In this document: positions 1-13,245 of the stretch, piece by piece
Position numbering within the stretch: the stretch's first letter is position 1
Layout of the letters: each line of letters opens with the position of its first letter
Position numbers and translations under genes: made by a program
The notes under the pieces: generated by a model
The model's input: only the letters and a program-made list of their open reading frames with translations
What the model was told of the DNA's origin: nothing
Databases searched by the model: none
NCBI GenBank assembly: GCA_964016885.1
Contig: OZ024763.1
Location: 24,118,001 to 24,182,000 of the forward strand
Reading direction: 5' to 3'
DNA: 64,000 nucleotides
Source of the DNA: Eledone cirrhosa
Taxonomy: Eukaryota

Positions 1-661
1 CATCATTATCATCACCCCTACCATCACTACCACCACCACCAACACCAACACTACAACTACCACCACCAACACTAACACTACCACCAACACTACCACCACC
101 AACATTATTATCATCACCACCATCACCATCACCACCACCACTAACACTACTACCACCACCACCATTATTATCATCACTCCTACCATCACTGACCTTTAAT
201 GGTATGTCAATCCCTCCTTTTATCATCATCCTCAGAAACCCCACACCACCACCACCACCATGACCATCACTACAACCACCACCACCGCTACCATCATGAC
301 CACACCCACCACCATCACGACAATCATCACTACCACAATCACCATCATCATCACCACCACCACCACCATTATTACCACCGCCAACATGATCAACACCACA
401 ATCACCATCACCACCACTGCCACCACCATTACAATCATCATCATCGCCAACACCATTACAATCACCACCTCAATCGCCATCACAACCATCACCACCACCT
501 CCATCATCATCACCACCATTACAATCATCATCATCATTGCCCCAATTATCACCTCCACCCCTCACCCCCACACATCCTGACCTGCACCAAAATTATATCA
601 TCATCATCATCATCATCATCACCACCACCACCACCATCACGACCATCATCATCATCATCAA
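1..661. repeat. (CAC/CAT)n trinucleotide low-complexity tract
   Basis: Degenerate CAC/CAT/TAC triplets; source of the poly-His/Thr pseudo-ORFs. Confidence 0.95.
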
Positions 662-758
662 TGTAGATAGGCCGGTACAATATATGGAGCTTTGTATTAA
701 ATCATCCAAATGTTTTATGTATAAATACACACATACATTTATACACACATACATATAT

Positions 759-797
<39 letters not shown>

Positions 798-884
798 CAG
801 AGACGTGTATATATGCATATTAATGTACACACACATATATGCATATACACACACACACACATGTACGTATACACATACTTGTAA

Positions 885-927
<43 letters not shown>

Positions 928-1054
928 AAGATATATACATATGCACATTTATATACATATTTATACACATGCTGGTGCGGAAAATGGACGTAAAATGGGA
1001 TGTTGATGATGGTTTCACGTTCTACCGAGTACACAGGAGAAGTTGTCATATATA

Positions 1055-1398
1055 TGGCCTAGTGGTTAGAGTCATGGCTTAGTGGCTTAGTGGTTAGAGC
1101 ATTGGACTTGCAATCGAAAGGTTGTGAGTTCAATTCTCAGACCGGGTGATGTGTTGTTTCCTTGAGCAAGACACTTTATTTCACATTGCTCCAGTTTACT
1201 CAGCTGTAGAAATGAGATGATAGGGACTGGGGTCCACATCATTCCACTGCAAAGTGGTCGTGGAGGTGCACCCAGCACTCACTGTAAATGAGGTCGGTGT
1301 TAGGAAGGGCATCCAGCTGTAGAAGTCAAGCCAGAATCAGTTCCCGTCCCACCCTTGCAAGCAGGGAAAAGCAGATGTAAAATGATGATGATGATGAT
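1055..1398 (+). mobile_element. Full-length tRNA-derived CORE-type SINE with RTE-like tail
   Basis: A box TGGCTTAGTGGTTAGAGC, B box GAGTTCAATTC, MIR/CORE-like CCTTGAGCAAGACACTT...CAGTTTACTCAGCTGTAGAAATG, body GTTAGGAAGGGCATCCAGCTGTAG, (GAT)n tail; near-identical copy at 11312-11638. Confidence 0.85.
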
Positions 1399-1408
1399 AT
1401 ATATATAT

Positions 1409-1490
1409 ATAGGCTGTCCCTCAAAAATATATATGCATTTCAACACCATTCTAAAAAAGTGTATACATTTATTGGGGGGCACCCTGTATA
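1409..1490. mobile_element. Short degenerate Tc1/mariner-type MITE
   Basis: Imperfect ~30-bp terminal inverted repeats (TAGGCTGTCCCTCAAAAATATATATGCATTT vs reverse complement CAGGGTGCCCCCAATAAATGTATACACTTT), flanked by TA. Confidence 0.55.
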
Positions 1491-1502
1491 TATATATATA
1501 TA

Positions 1503-1614
1503 TGTAAAAGGTAAACAGAAATAACACAATCAGTACAGTATATGGAAGGGATATATTAGGTTAACACTTGATATAGCAGGAAGAGGGTCTTAACATTTCG
1601 GGCGCTAGTCCTTC
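1503..1614 (-). mobile_element. Hammerhead-bearing element family A, 5'-truncated within the core
   Basis: Matches 12223-12335 and 41108-41222; minus strand reads GAAGGACTAGCGCCCGAAATGTTAAGA...CCTTTTACA then (TA)n. Confidence 0.75.
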
Positions 1615-1639
1615 TGATAAGGGGTGCCTTTTTACTGTG

Positions 1640-2415
1640 TCTTCTACACGACCACTTTACAGTGTGGACTGGGTGCTCTTTTGTTGTGACACCTACACGA
1701 CCACTTTACAGTGTGGACTGGGTGCTCTTTTGTTGTGACACCTACACGACCACTTTACAGTGTGGACTGGGTGCTCTTTTGTCGTGACACCTCCACAACC
1801 ACTTTACAGTGTGGACTGGGTGCTCTTTTGTCGTGACACCTCCACAACCACTTTACAGTGTGGACTAGGTGCTCTTTTGTCGTGACACCTCCACAACCAC
1901 TTTACAGTGTGGACTGGGTGCTCTTTTGTCGTGACACCTCCACAACCACTTTACAGTGTAGACTGGGTGCTCTTTTGTCGTGACACCTACACGATCACTT
2001 TACAGTGTGGACTGGGTTCTCTTTTGTCGTGACACCTCCACAACCACTTTACAGTGTGGACTGGGTGCTCTTTTGTCGTGACACCTCCACGACCACTTTA
2101 CAGTGTGGACTGGGTGCTCTTTTGTCGTGACACCTCCACAACCACTTTACAGTGTGGACTGGGTGCTCTTTTGTCGTGACACCTCCACGACCACTTTACA
2201 GTGTCGACTAGGTGCTCTTTTGTCGTGACACCTCCACGACCACTTTACAGTGTGGACTGGGTGCTCTTTTGTCGTGACACCTACATGACCACTTTACAGT
2301 GTGGACTGGGTTCTCTTTTGTCGTGACACCTCCACAACCACTTTACAGTGTGGACTGGGTGCTCTTTTGTCGTGACACCTCCACAACCACTTTACAGTGT
2401 GGACTGGGTGCTCTT
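1640..2415. repeat. 49-bp satellite array 1 (~16 units)
   Basis: Unit ACCACTTTACAGTGTGGACTGGGTGCTCTTTTGTCGTGACACCTCCACA/G; starts at 1651, 1700, 1749. Confidence 0.97.
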
Positions 2416-2861
2416 TTTGTTGTGTCACCTACACAGTGGACGAAAATGGGAGGATGGAGTAGGGTGTGTGCAGTGGGGTGTACCTTGGGTTAAGAGGTGC
2501 CTACCAACTGTAGGTTAGTAAGCAAGGGGTGGCGGGTCTTCTGTACAACTGTATGGCGCCAAAGATCTCATATATACATGCATATATACACGTATTTATA
2601 CACATACATATAGACACACACATGTATGCATACACATACATGTACACAGACATATATATACATGTATATATATATATTTATGTGTGTGTGTGTGTCTTTA
2701 TGAGAGTGCATATAGTTATACATAATTAAAAGGACAAGTGTGCATGGTGGTTAGTGTGTGTATGCATGTGCATGTGTATGCAAGTATATGTGCATGTGTG
2801 TGTTTAAGCCTGCAACTGAGTGTGTTTAGGCTTGTATGTGTGTGTGTCTAAGCCTACATAA

Positions 2862-2893
<32 letters not shown>

Positions 2894-3079
2894 GTGTGTG
2901 TGTGTGTGTGTGAGACATTACAGAATATAAACATCTGTTGGGGAAATGTAAATAATACTTAACCTGTGGGGTAGGGCCGGGAGTGATGGGGTAGGGTTGT
3001 GTGGAGGTTATTGTTGCCTAGCAACACATCTCACTTGTTTGAACATCTGCCTCTTCCCCCACCTCTCTCTGTCTCGCTC

Positions 3080-3217
3080 GTGCACACACAGTCATACACA
3101 CACGCTTACTCATACACAAACACAAAGTCATACACACACACATATATATACACACACACATATATATATACACACACACATATATACACACACACATATA
3201 TATATATATACACACAC

Positions 3218-3254
<37 letters not shown>

Positions 3255-3287
3255 TATATACACACACATATATATACACACACACAC

Positions 3288-3334
<47 letters not shown>

Positions 3335-3438
3335 CATATGTATGTCACACACACACATATATATATATACGTACAGACATATATATATATGTACACACAC
3401 ACACATATATATATGTACACACACACATATATGTATGT

Positions 3439-3506
<68 letters not shown>
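3080..3506. repeat. (CA)n/(TA)n compound microsatellite
   Basis: Direct inspection. Confidence 0.95.
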
Positions 3507-3510
<4 letters not shown>

Positions 3511-3924
3511 AAAATGATAAAGGAGAACAATAGACTATAACAATGGTTTATTAGTGTTGGAAAAGATGTTTAATGTTTCAGACTGTAATCCTTCATTGGA
3601 AGATAGAAATAATGATAAAAAGGAAAACAGATAAGAATTAAAAGAAAAAGATGGAGAGGAAGCATGAGTTGCTATTAGCTTCCTGATACAATATAACTAC
3701 ACTAAATCAACCTGTTAGTTCTATCGTTACTTTGGTATATTATTGTGTGTTAGATTTTGCCTCCCACAATGTTCGATTTGTCAAGCTATTTAAACGTATG
3801 TTATTACTCTAAGGACCTATCTTATCGAGTGCTTTGCTAACTCATCATTTCATATAAGTAGGCCGAATTTGCTTGCAAACCGCCAGAGATTTGATTTTAC
3901 TAAATATCCAATTATATACATATA

Positions 3925-4090
3925 TATCATCGTTTATACCTTCCACGCTAGCATGGGTTAGATGGTTTTGTTCCATTTGATACGGGATCGGTCAAGAGAA
4001 CGTGTCTCGCTTGTACGGAAGTGTCTCTGGCAGGTTTATTATGGCTGAATGCCCTTCCTAACACCAACCACATTTACAGTGTGGACTGGG
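3925..4090 (-). mobile_element. 3' fragment of the same SINE family
   Basis: CTTCCACGCTAGCATGGGTTAGA...GAATGCCCTTCCTAACACCAACC, reverse complement of the SINE tail. Confidence 0.7.
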
Positions 4091-4111
4091 CACCCTGTAT
4101 ATATATATATA

Positions 4112-4223
4112 TGTAAAAGGTAAACAGAAATAACACAATCAGTACAGTATATGGAAGGGATATATTAGGTTAACACTTGATATAGCATGAAGAGGGTCTT
4201 AACATTTCGGGCGCTAGTCCTTC
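4112..4223 (-). mobile_element. Family A element, duplicate of 1503-1614
   Basis: Near-identical to 1503-1614 with the same truncation point. Confidence 0.75.
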
Positions 4224-4239
4224 TGATAAGGTGTGCCTT

Positions 4240-7200
4240 TTTACTGTGTCTTCTACACGACCACGTTACAGTGTGGACTGGGAGCCTTTTCACCATGTCT
4301 CCTACACAACCACTTTACAGTGTGGACTGGGAACCTTTTTACCGTGTCTCCTACACGACCACTTTACAGTGTGGACTGGGAGCCTTTTTTACCATGTCTC
4401 CTACACGACCACTTTACAGTGTGGACTGAGAACCTTTTTACCGTGTCTCCTACACGACCACTTTACAGTGTGGACTGGGAACCTTTTTACCATGTCTCCT
4501 ACACGACCACTTTACAGTGTGGACTGGGAACCTTTTTACCGTGTCTCCTACACAACCACTTTACAGTGTGGCCTGGAAACCTTTTTACCATGTCTCCTAC
4601 CCAACCACTTTACAGTGTGGACTGGGAGCCTTTTTACCATGTCTCCTACACGACCACTTTACAGTGTGGACTGGGAGCCTTTTTACTGTGTCTCCTACAT
4701 GACCACTTTACAGTGTGGACTGGGAGCCTTTTTACTGTGTCTCCTACCCAACCACTTTACAGTGTGGACTGGGAGCCTTTTTACCATGTCTCCTACACGA
4801 CCACTTTACAGTGTGGACTGGGAGCCTTTTTACTGTGTCTCCTACACGACCACTTTACAGTGTGGACTGGGAACCTTTTTACCATGTCTCCTACACGACC
4901 ACTTTACAGTGTGGACTGGGAGCCTTTTTACTGTGTCTCCTACATGACCACTTTACAGTGTGGACTGGGAGCCTTTTTACCGTGTCTCCTACCCAACCAC
5001 GTTACAGTGTGGACTGGGAGCCTTTTTACCATGTCTCCTACCCAACCACTTTACAGTGTGGACTGGGAGCCTTTTTACCGTGTCTCCTACCCAACCACTT
5101 TACAGTGTGGACTGGGAGCCTTTTTACCATGTCTCCTACCCAACCACTTTACAGTGTGGACTGGGAGCCTTTTTACCATGTCTCCTACCCAACCACTTTA
5201 CAGTGTGGACTGGGAGCCTTTTTACTGTGTCTCCTACATGACCACTTTACAGTGTGGACTGGGAGCCTTTTTACTGTGTCTCCTACCCAACCACTTTACA
5301 GTGTGGACTGGGAGCCTTTTTACTGTGTCTCCTACCCAACCACTTTACAGTGTGGACTGGGAGCCTTTTTACCGTGTCTCCTACCCAACCACGTTACAGT
5401 GTGGACTGGGAGCCTTTTTACCATGTCTCCTACCCAACCACTTTACAGTGTGGACTGGGAGCCTTTTTACCGTGTCTCCTACCCAACCACTTTACAGTGT
5501 GGACTGGGAGCCTTTTTACCATGTCTCCTACCCAACCACTTTACAGTGTGGACTGGGAGCCTTTTTACCATGTCTCCTACCCAACCACTTTACAGTGTGG
5601 ACTGGGAGCCTTTTTACCATGTCTCCTACCCAACCACTTTACAGTGTGGACTGGGAGCCTTTTTACCATGTCTCCTACCCAACCACTTTACAGTGTGGAC
5701 TGGGAGCCTTTTTACCATGTCTCCTACCCAACCACTTTACAGTGTGGACTGGGAGCCTTTTTACCGTGTCTCCTACCCAACCACTTTACAGTGTGGACTG
5801 GGAGCCTTTTTACCGTGTCTCCTACCCAACCACTTTACAGTGTGGACTGGGAGCCTTTTTACCATGTCTCCTACCCAACCACTTTACAGTGTGGACTGGG
5901 AGCCTTTTTACCGTGTCTCCTACCCAACCACTTTACAGTGTGGACTGGGAGCCTTTTTACTGTGTCTCCTACCCAACCACTTTACAGTGTGGACTGGGAG
6001 CCTTTTTACTGTGTCTCCTACCCAACCACTTTACAGTGTGGACTGGGAGCCTTTTTACTGTGTCTCCTACCCAACCACTTTACAGTGTGGACTGGGAGCC
6101 TTTTTACCGTGTCTCCTACCCAACCACTTTACAGTGTGGACTGGGAGCCTTTTTATCATGTCTCCTACACGACCACTTTACAGTGTGGATTGGGAGCCTT
6201 TTTACCATGTCTCCTACCCAACCACTTTACAGTGTGGACTGGGAGCCTTTTTACCATGTCTCCTACCCAACCACTTTACAGTGTGGACTGGGAGCCTTTT
6301 TACTGTGTCTCCTACACGACCTCTTTACAGTGTGGACTGGGAGCCTTTTTACCGTGTCTCCTACACGACCTCTTTACAGTGTGGACTGGGAGCCTTTTTA
6401 CCGTGTCTCCTACACGACCTCTTTACAGTGTGGACTGGGAGCCTTTTTACTGTGTCTCCTACACGACCACTTTACAGTGTGGACTGGGAGCCTTTTTACT
6501 GTGTCTCCTACACGACCTCTTTACAGTGTGGACTGGGAGCCTTTTTACCGTGTCTCCTACCCAACCACTTTACATTATGGACTGGGAGCCTTTTTACTGT
6601 GTCTCCTACACGACCTCTTTACAGTGTGGACTGGGAGCCTTTTTACTGTGTCTCCTACACGACCTCTTTACAGTGTGGACTGGGAGCCTTTTTACCGTGT
6701 CTCCTACCCAACCACTTTACATTATGGACTGGGAGCCTTTTTACTGTGTCTCCTACACGACCTCTTTACAGTGTGGACTGGGAGCCTTTTTACCGTGTCT
6801 CCTACACGACCTCTTTACAGTGTGGACTGGGAGCCTTTTTACTGTGTCTCCTACACGACCTCTTTACAGTGTGGACTGGGAGCCTTTTTACCGTGTCTCC
6901 TACCCAACCACTTTACATTATGGACTGGGAGCCTTTTTACCGTGTCTCCTACACGACCTCTTTACAGTGTGGACTGGGAGCCTTTTTACCGTGTCTCCTA
7001 CACGACCACTTTACAGTGTGGACTGGGAGCCTTTTTACCATGTCTCCTACACAACCACCTTACAGTGTGGACTGGGAACCTTTTTACCGTGTCTCCTACC
7101 CAACCACTTTACAGTGTGGACTGGGAGCCTTTTTACCGTGTCTCCTACCCAACCACTTTACAGTGTGGACTGGGAGCCTTTTTACCGTGTCTCCTACCCA

Positions 7201-9485
7201 ACCACTTTACAGTGTGGACTGGGAGCCTTTTTACCATGTCTCCTACACGACCACTTTACAGTGTGGACTGGGAGCCTTTTTACTGTGTCTCCTACATGAC
7301 CACTTTACAGTGTGGACTGGGAGCCTTTTTACCGTGTCTCCTACCCAACCACTTTACAGTGTGGACTGGGAGCCTTTTTACCGTGTCTCCTACCCAACCA
7401 CTTTACAGTGTGGACTGGGAGCCTTTTTACCGTGTCTCCTACACGGCCACTTTACAGTGTGGACTGGGAGCCTTTTTACCATGTCTCCTACACGGCCACT
7501 TTACAGTGTGGACTGGGAGCCTTTTTACCATGTCTCCTACACGGCCACTTTACAGTGTGGACTGGGAGCCTTTTTACCGTGTCTCCTACCCAACCACTTT
7601 ACAGTGTGGACTGGGAGCCTTTTTACCGTGTCTCCTACCCAACCACTTTACAGTGTGGACTGGGAGCCTTTTTACCGTGTCTCCTACCCAACCACTTTAC
7701 AGTGTGGACTGGGAGCCTTTTTACCGTGTCTCCTACCCAACCACTTTACAGTGTGGACTGGGAGCCTTTTTACCGTGTCTCCTACATGACCACATTACAG
7801 TGTGAACTGGGAGCCTTTTTACCATGTCTCCTACATGACCACTTTACAGTGTGGACTGGGAGCCTTTTTACCATGTCTCCTATACGACCACTTTACAGTG
7901 TGGACTGGGAGCCTTTTTACCATGTCTCCTATACGACCACTTTACAGTGTGGACTGGGAGCCTTTTTACCATGTCTCCTACATGACCACATTACAGTGTG
8001 GACTGGGAGCCTTTTTACCATGTCTCCTACATGACCACTTTACAGTGTGGACTGGGAGCCTTTTTACCGTGTCTCCTACATGACCACTTTACAGTGTGGA
8101 CTGGGAGCCTTTTTACCGTGTCTCCTACCCAACCACTTTACAGTGTGGACTGGGAGCCTTTTTACCGTGTCTCCTACCCAACCACTTTACAGTGTGGACT
8201 GGGAGCCTTTTTACCGTGTCTCCTACATGACCACATTACAGTGTGGACTGGGAGCCTTTTTACCGTGTCTCCTACCCAACCACATTACAGTGTGGACTGG
8301 GAGCCTTTTTACCATGTCTCCTATACGACCACTTTACAGTGTGGACTGGGAGCCTTTTTACCATGTCTCCTACATGACCACATTACAGTGTGGACTGGGA
8401 GCCTTTTTACCATGTCTCCTACATGACCACTTTACAGTGTGGACTGGGAGCCTTTTTACCGTGTCTCCTACATGACCACTTTACAGTGTGGACTGGGAGC
8501 CTTTTTACCGTGTCTCCTACCCAACCACTTTACAGTGTGGACTGGGAGCCTTTTTACCATGTCTCCTACCCAACCACTTTACAGTGTGGACTGGGAGCCT
8601 TTTTACCGTGTCTCCTACCCAACCACTTTACAGTGTGGACTGGGAGCCTTTTTACCATGTCTCCTACATGACCACATTACAGTGTGGACTGGGAGCCTTT
8701 TTACCATGTCTCCTACATGACCACATTACAGTGTGGACTGGGAGCCTTTTTACCGTGTCTCCTACCCAACCACTTTACAGTGTGGATTGGGAGCCTTTTT
8801 ACCATGTCTCCTACCCAACCACTTTACAGTGTGGACTGGGAGCCTTTTTACCATGTCTCCTACCCAACCACTTTACAGTGTGGACTGGGAGCCTTTTTAC
8901 CGTGTCTCCTACCCAACCACTTTACAGTGTGGATTGGGAGCCTTTTTACTGTGTCTCCTACATGACCACTTTACAGTGTGGATTGGGAGCCTTTTTACTG
9001 TGTCTCCTACCCAACCACTTTACAGTGTGGATTGGGAGCCTTTTTACTGTGTCTCCTACCCAACCACTTTACAGTGTGGACTGGGAGCCTTTTTACCGTG
9101 TCTCCTACACGACCACTTTACAGTGTGGACTGGGAGCCTTTTTACCGTGTCTCCTACACGACCACTTTACAGTGTGGACTGGGAGCCTTTTTACTGTGTC
9201 TCCTACCCAACCACTTTACAGTGTGGATTGGGAGCCTTTTTACTGTGTCTCCTACCCAACCACTTTACAGTGTGGACTGGGAGCCTTTTTACCGTGTCTC
9301 CTACACGACCACTTTACAGTGTGGACTGGGAGCCTTTTTTCCGTGTCTCCTACACGACCACTTTACAGTGTGGACTGGGAGCCTTTTTACCGTGTCTCCT
9401 ACACGACCACTTTACAGTGTGGACTGGGAGCCTTTTTACCATGTCTCCTATACGACCACATTACAGTGTGGACTGGGAGCCTTTT
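4240..9485. repeat. 49-bp satellite array 2 (~107 units)
   Basis: Unit ACCACTTTACAGTGTGGACTGGGAGCCTTTTTACCRTGTCTCCTACCCA; period 49. Confidence 0.98.
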
Positions 9486-9612
9486 AGTTCTGTCACCAAC
9501 ACAGTGGATCGGGTAGGGTGTGTGGGGTGGGGTGTATATTGGGTTAAGAGGTGCTTACTGACAGTAGGTTAGTATGTAAGGGAAGGCAGGTCTTCTGTAC
9601 AACTACATATAC

Positions 9613-9659
<47 letters not shown>

Positions 9660-9747
9660 AACACACACACGTGTGCATTTAATAATATATTTCTACAGTA
9701 TACTGTGTCGTTGCTTCATTATTTGTTTGCTTTTTGCATATACATAC

Positions 9748-9778
<31 letters not shown>

Positions 9779-9873
9779 GTGTACACATACACAGTGTACA
9801 CATACACAGTGTACACATACACACATATATACATACATATATACACACACACACACACTGTCCACACACACTC

Positions 9874-9904
<31 letters not shown>

Positions 9905-10189
9905 GAGTGTACACATACACACACACACACAGTGTCCACACACACAGTGTACACATACATACACGCACAGTGTCCACACACACATATATACATACATGTA
10001 TATATATATACACACACACACTGTCCACACACGCAGCTATGTCAACAAGCCATGACAATTGCTCTAAATGAAATAGAAACATTTAAAACATTCTTTACTC
10101 AGATCGTCATTTGGTGATTCAATACAGGTAGAAGGACTTCTTTTCCTATGAGGTGGCGGTGGTGGGGAGAGAGAGGTGTGAGGGAGAGA

Positions 10190-10266
10190 GGGTGATGTGT
10201 TGTTTCCTTGAGCAAGACACTTTATTTCACATTGCTCCAGTTTACTCAGCTGTAGAAATGAGATGA
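10190..10266 (+). mobile_element. Isolated CORE-domain SINE fragment
   Basis: Identical to 1144-1220. Confidence 0.75.
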
Positions 10267-10542
10267 CAATACCTTACCGGCGCCACTCGAATAAGGTAGT
10301 TATTTAACAGCGATAATGAGGGACAGAGACCGCTGGAGAGAACTCGTCCATGGATCTCGGGAATTTTACCCGCCTTAGATATATATATATATATCTCCCA
10401 TGTACGTCAATACTCATCTTTTTCCATTTATCTGAGGGTTCTAAACCCCATTATCAAGCTAAAATTCCTTTAGTTAAAAATACGGTGAAAGCTATATATT
10501 TTCTAATTTCAAACTCGCTCACTGTTTCAAAACATACTTACT

Positions 10543-10591
<49 letters not shown>

Positions 10592-10595
<4 letters not shown>

Positions 10596-10732
10596 GAAGG
10601 AGTTGTGGTAAGAAACCAGATGGACCATAACGCACCAGAGTACTCAATACTTAGGTTAGTAGAATGGGTAATAGGAGAAAGTATGACCCCGACGGCAGAG
10701 CTCAAGCTGTTTCGACGGCTATTTCTGGACTA
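10592..10732 (-). mobile_element. Hammerhead-related element family B
   Basis: Homologous to 15440-15640, 28648-28730, 41475-41522, 42653-42751 and 51708-51878; minus strand has GAAA-stem III-GTC and ends at (TA)n. Confidence 0.75.
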
Positions 10733-10867
10733 AAGTGACTTTGAGGTGTTATATTTTGTGTTGTTCACTTTCTAATTAAATAGTTCTGTTCTATACATAG
10801 AGAGTCTTTATTCCTTTGCTTTTACTTTGGAATTACATAACACACACATACACACACACACACACAT

Positions 10868-10906
<39 letters not shown>

Positions 10907-10954
10907 GTGAAAGAAAAAAGAATAACATATAAACTAATATAGATACAATTATAT

Positions 10955-11205
10955 ATCATCATCATCACCGTTTTATGTCCGTTCTTCCACGCTAGCATGG
11001 GTTAGACGAGTTGTCCTGTTGTGGGCAATGCCAGGTCGGGTGACCTTCTCTTGCTCATACGGGAACTAATTTTGGCTTGATTTCTACAGTTGAATGCCCT
11101 TCCTAACACCAACCTCATTTACAGTGAGTGCTGGGTGCTTTTTTACTGTGGCACCGTCAAGACCACTTTACAGTGTGGGCTGGGTGCTTTTTTGTCATGA
11201 CACCA
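10955..11205 (-). mobile_element. 3' half of SINE containing about two proto-satellite units
   Basis: (CAT)n tail, CCACGCTAGCATGGGTTAGAC, GAATGCCCTTCCTAACACCAAC, then TTTACAGTGAGTGCTGGGTGC and ACCACTTTACAGTGTGGGCTGGGTGC. Confidence 0.8.
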
Positions 11206-11311
11206 CTTAAACAAATTTTTGCATCCCCGAAAAATATATAATAAAATAAATAGTGATGTTATAAAGTTATATCTTTCATTTATTACTGTTGTTATAATAT
11301 ATATATATATA

Positions 11312-11638
11312 TAGTGGTTAGAGCATTGGCCTTGCAATCGAAAGGTTGTGAGTTCAATTCTCAGACCGGGTGATGTGTTGTTTCCTTGAGCAAGACACTT
11401 TATTTCACATTGCTCCAGTTTACTCAGCTGTAGAAATGAGATGATAGGGACTGGGGTCCCTATCATTCCACTGCAAAGTGGTCGTGGAGGTGCCACGGCA
11501 AAAAAGCACCCAGCACTCACTGTAAATGAGGTTGGTGTTAGGAAGGGCATCCAGCTGTAGAAATCAAGCCAGAATCAGTTCCCGTCCCACCCTTGCAAGC
11601 AGGTAAAAGCGGACGTAAAATGAAATGATGATGATGAT
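11312..11638 (+). mobile_element. Full-length tRNA/CORE SINE
   Basis: Near-identical to 1088-1398; A/B boxes, CORE, (GAT)n tail. Confidence 0.85.
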
Positions 11639-12222
11639 ATATATATATATATATATATATTGGTAGGGGTGGGTGGAACAAGGCTGCTTTTGAGAGGTTC
11701 ATGTCCCTCCCATAACTGTTCTGATAACCAGCCAAGCCAAGACCTGGTTGGTATGAAAAGGTTTAAAATGATGGTTTTGTTTCATAGAACCAGGGTGGGT
11801 GAGGTGATGTGACAGTGTGGTGGTGGGTGAGGTGATGTGACAGTGTGGTGGTGGTAGGGTGGGGAGTTATTGCAGTCTGGTGGTGGTGGTAGTGGTAGTA
11901 AGGTGGGGGTGATGGTAGGGTAGGGTAGGGTGACTACTGCTGGTGGTGGTGTTATTCAAGACACCATTATGATAATAGCAACAAGTGTAGAGACATTAGT
12001 GACAGTGTTTTAAGTGGTAGTTTAATTAGTTTAATTAATGCAAGGATATTGGTTAATTATAGATAAGTTAATCTCACTCATTTCCTTACTCCTTAATGAT
12101 TTCAAACGAGAAAAAAAAAACAACACAAAAAGAGACAACCCCCCCCCCCCCCCCAAAAAAAAAACCCCATCTGAAGAGTCAAAATATGTGTGCATGTATA
12201 TATATATATACATATATATATA

Positions 12223-12442
12223 TGTAAAAGTAAACAGAAATAACAACACAATCAGTACAGTATATGGAAGGAATATATTAGGTTAACGCTTGATATAGTA
12301 GGAAGAGGGACTTAACGTTTCGGACGCCAGTCCTTCATCAGAAGAAAGAATGAGAAATAAGATAGATTGAAGGGACAGGCGGGTTGGAATTGGAAAAAAA
12401 TGTCTTCAGATAAAAATAACAGGTCTATTCATGCTGACATCT
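12223..12442 (-). mobile_element. Family A element with intact minimal hammerhead core
   Basis: Aligns with 41005-41222; ends at (TA)n. Confidence 0.8.
12311..12345 (-). ncRNA. Minimal type I hammerhead ribozyme motif (Penelope-like type)
   Basis: CUU-CUGAUGA-A-GGAC(UGGC)GUCC-GAAA-CGUU-AAG: intact core, 4-bp stem II, palindromic ACGU stem III, short stem I. Confidence 0.7.
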
Positions 12443-12480
12443 ATATATATATATATATATTTATCTATCTGTATATGGAT

Positions 12481-12512
<32 letters not shown>

Positions 12513-12515
12513 AAT

Positions 12516-12584
<69 letters not shown>

Positions 12585-12776
12585 AAATAAAACCACTTCC
12601 GGCCAGCACGGTATAGCAAGCCACATCGGACACTGGAATAGTTCCTTTATTTTCCTCAGTCGAAGAGATACTAATCTCCAAATATCAGGTCATATGAATA
12701 AATTAAAGTAAAAAAGAACAAACTCTACTTTTTGCATTTTGATTTTTCTCTGTCCGAATCTGTATTGTTGTGGCTT

Positions 12777-12911
12777 TTCTCATTCTTTCTTCTGATGAAG
12801 GACAAGCGCCCGAAATGTTAAAACCCTCTACTTGCTATTTCAAGCATTAACCTAATATATACCTTCCATATACTGTACCGATTGTGTTGTTATTTCTGTT
12901 TACCTTTTACA
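12777..12911 (+). mobile_element. Family A element, inverted relative to 12223-12442
   Basis: CTGATGA 12792-12798, GAAA 12812-12815, ends CCTTTTACA then (TA)n. Confidence 0.78.
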
Positions 12912-13044
12912 TACATATATATATATATATATCTTTATCTATCTGTATATAGATATATGTATATATGCACACATACACACACATATATATATGTATATAC
13001 AAGCACACGTATACACACATCTATCTATATCTATTATATATACA

Positions 13045-13245
13045 TGTATCATCATCATCACCATTTTGCGTCCTTTCTTCCATGCTAGCATGGGTTAGAC
13101 AAGTTGTCCTGTTGTGGGAAATGTTAGGTCAGGTGACCGTGTCCTGCTCACACAGAACACTGATTTTGGTTTGGTTTCTACAGCTGGCTGCCCTTCCTAA
13201 CGCCAACCTCATTTACAGTGAGTACTGGGTGCTTTTGGCATGACA
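13045..13245 (-). mobile_element. SINE 3' half running directly into satellite array 3
   Basis: (CAT)n, CCATGCTAGCATGGGTTAGAC, GCCCTTCCTAACGCCAACCTCATTTACAGTGAGTACTGGGTGC. Confidence 0.8.

Noticed and set aside
199-666. His-rich ORF
   Set aside because: Trinucleotide repeat open in several frames on both strands; no other gene evidence
1083-1150. Possible tRNA genes here and at 11312 and 41716
   Set aside because: A/B boxes run into CORE SINE bodies and there is no proper acceptor stem
4233-9572. Long ORFs up to 1190 aa in array 2
   Set aside because: A 49-bp stop-free unit cycles through all three frames and gives the same peptide in each; not a gene
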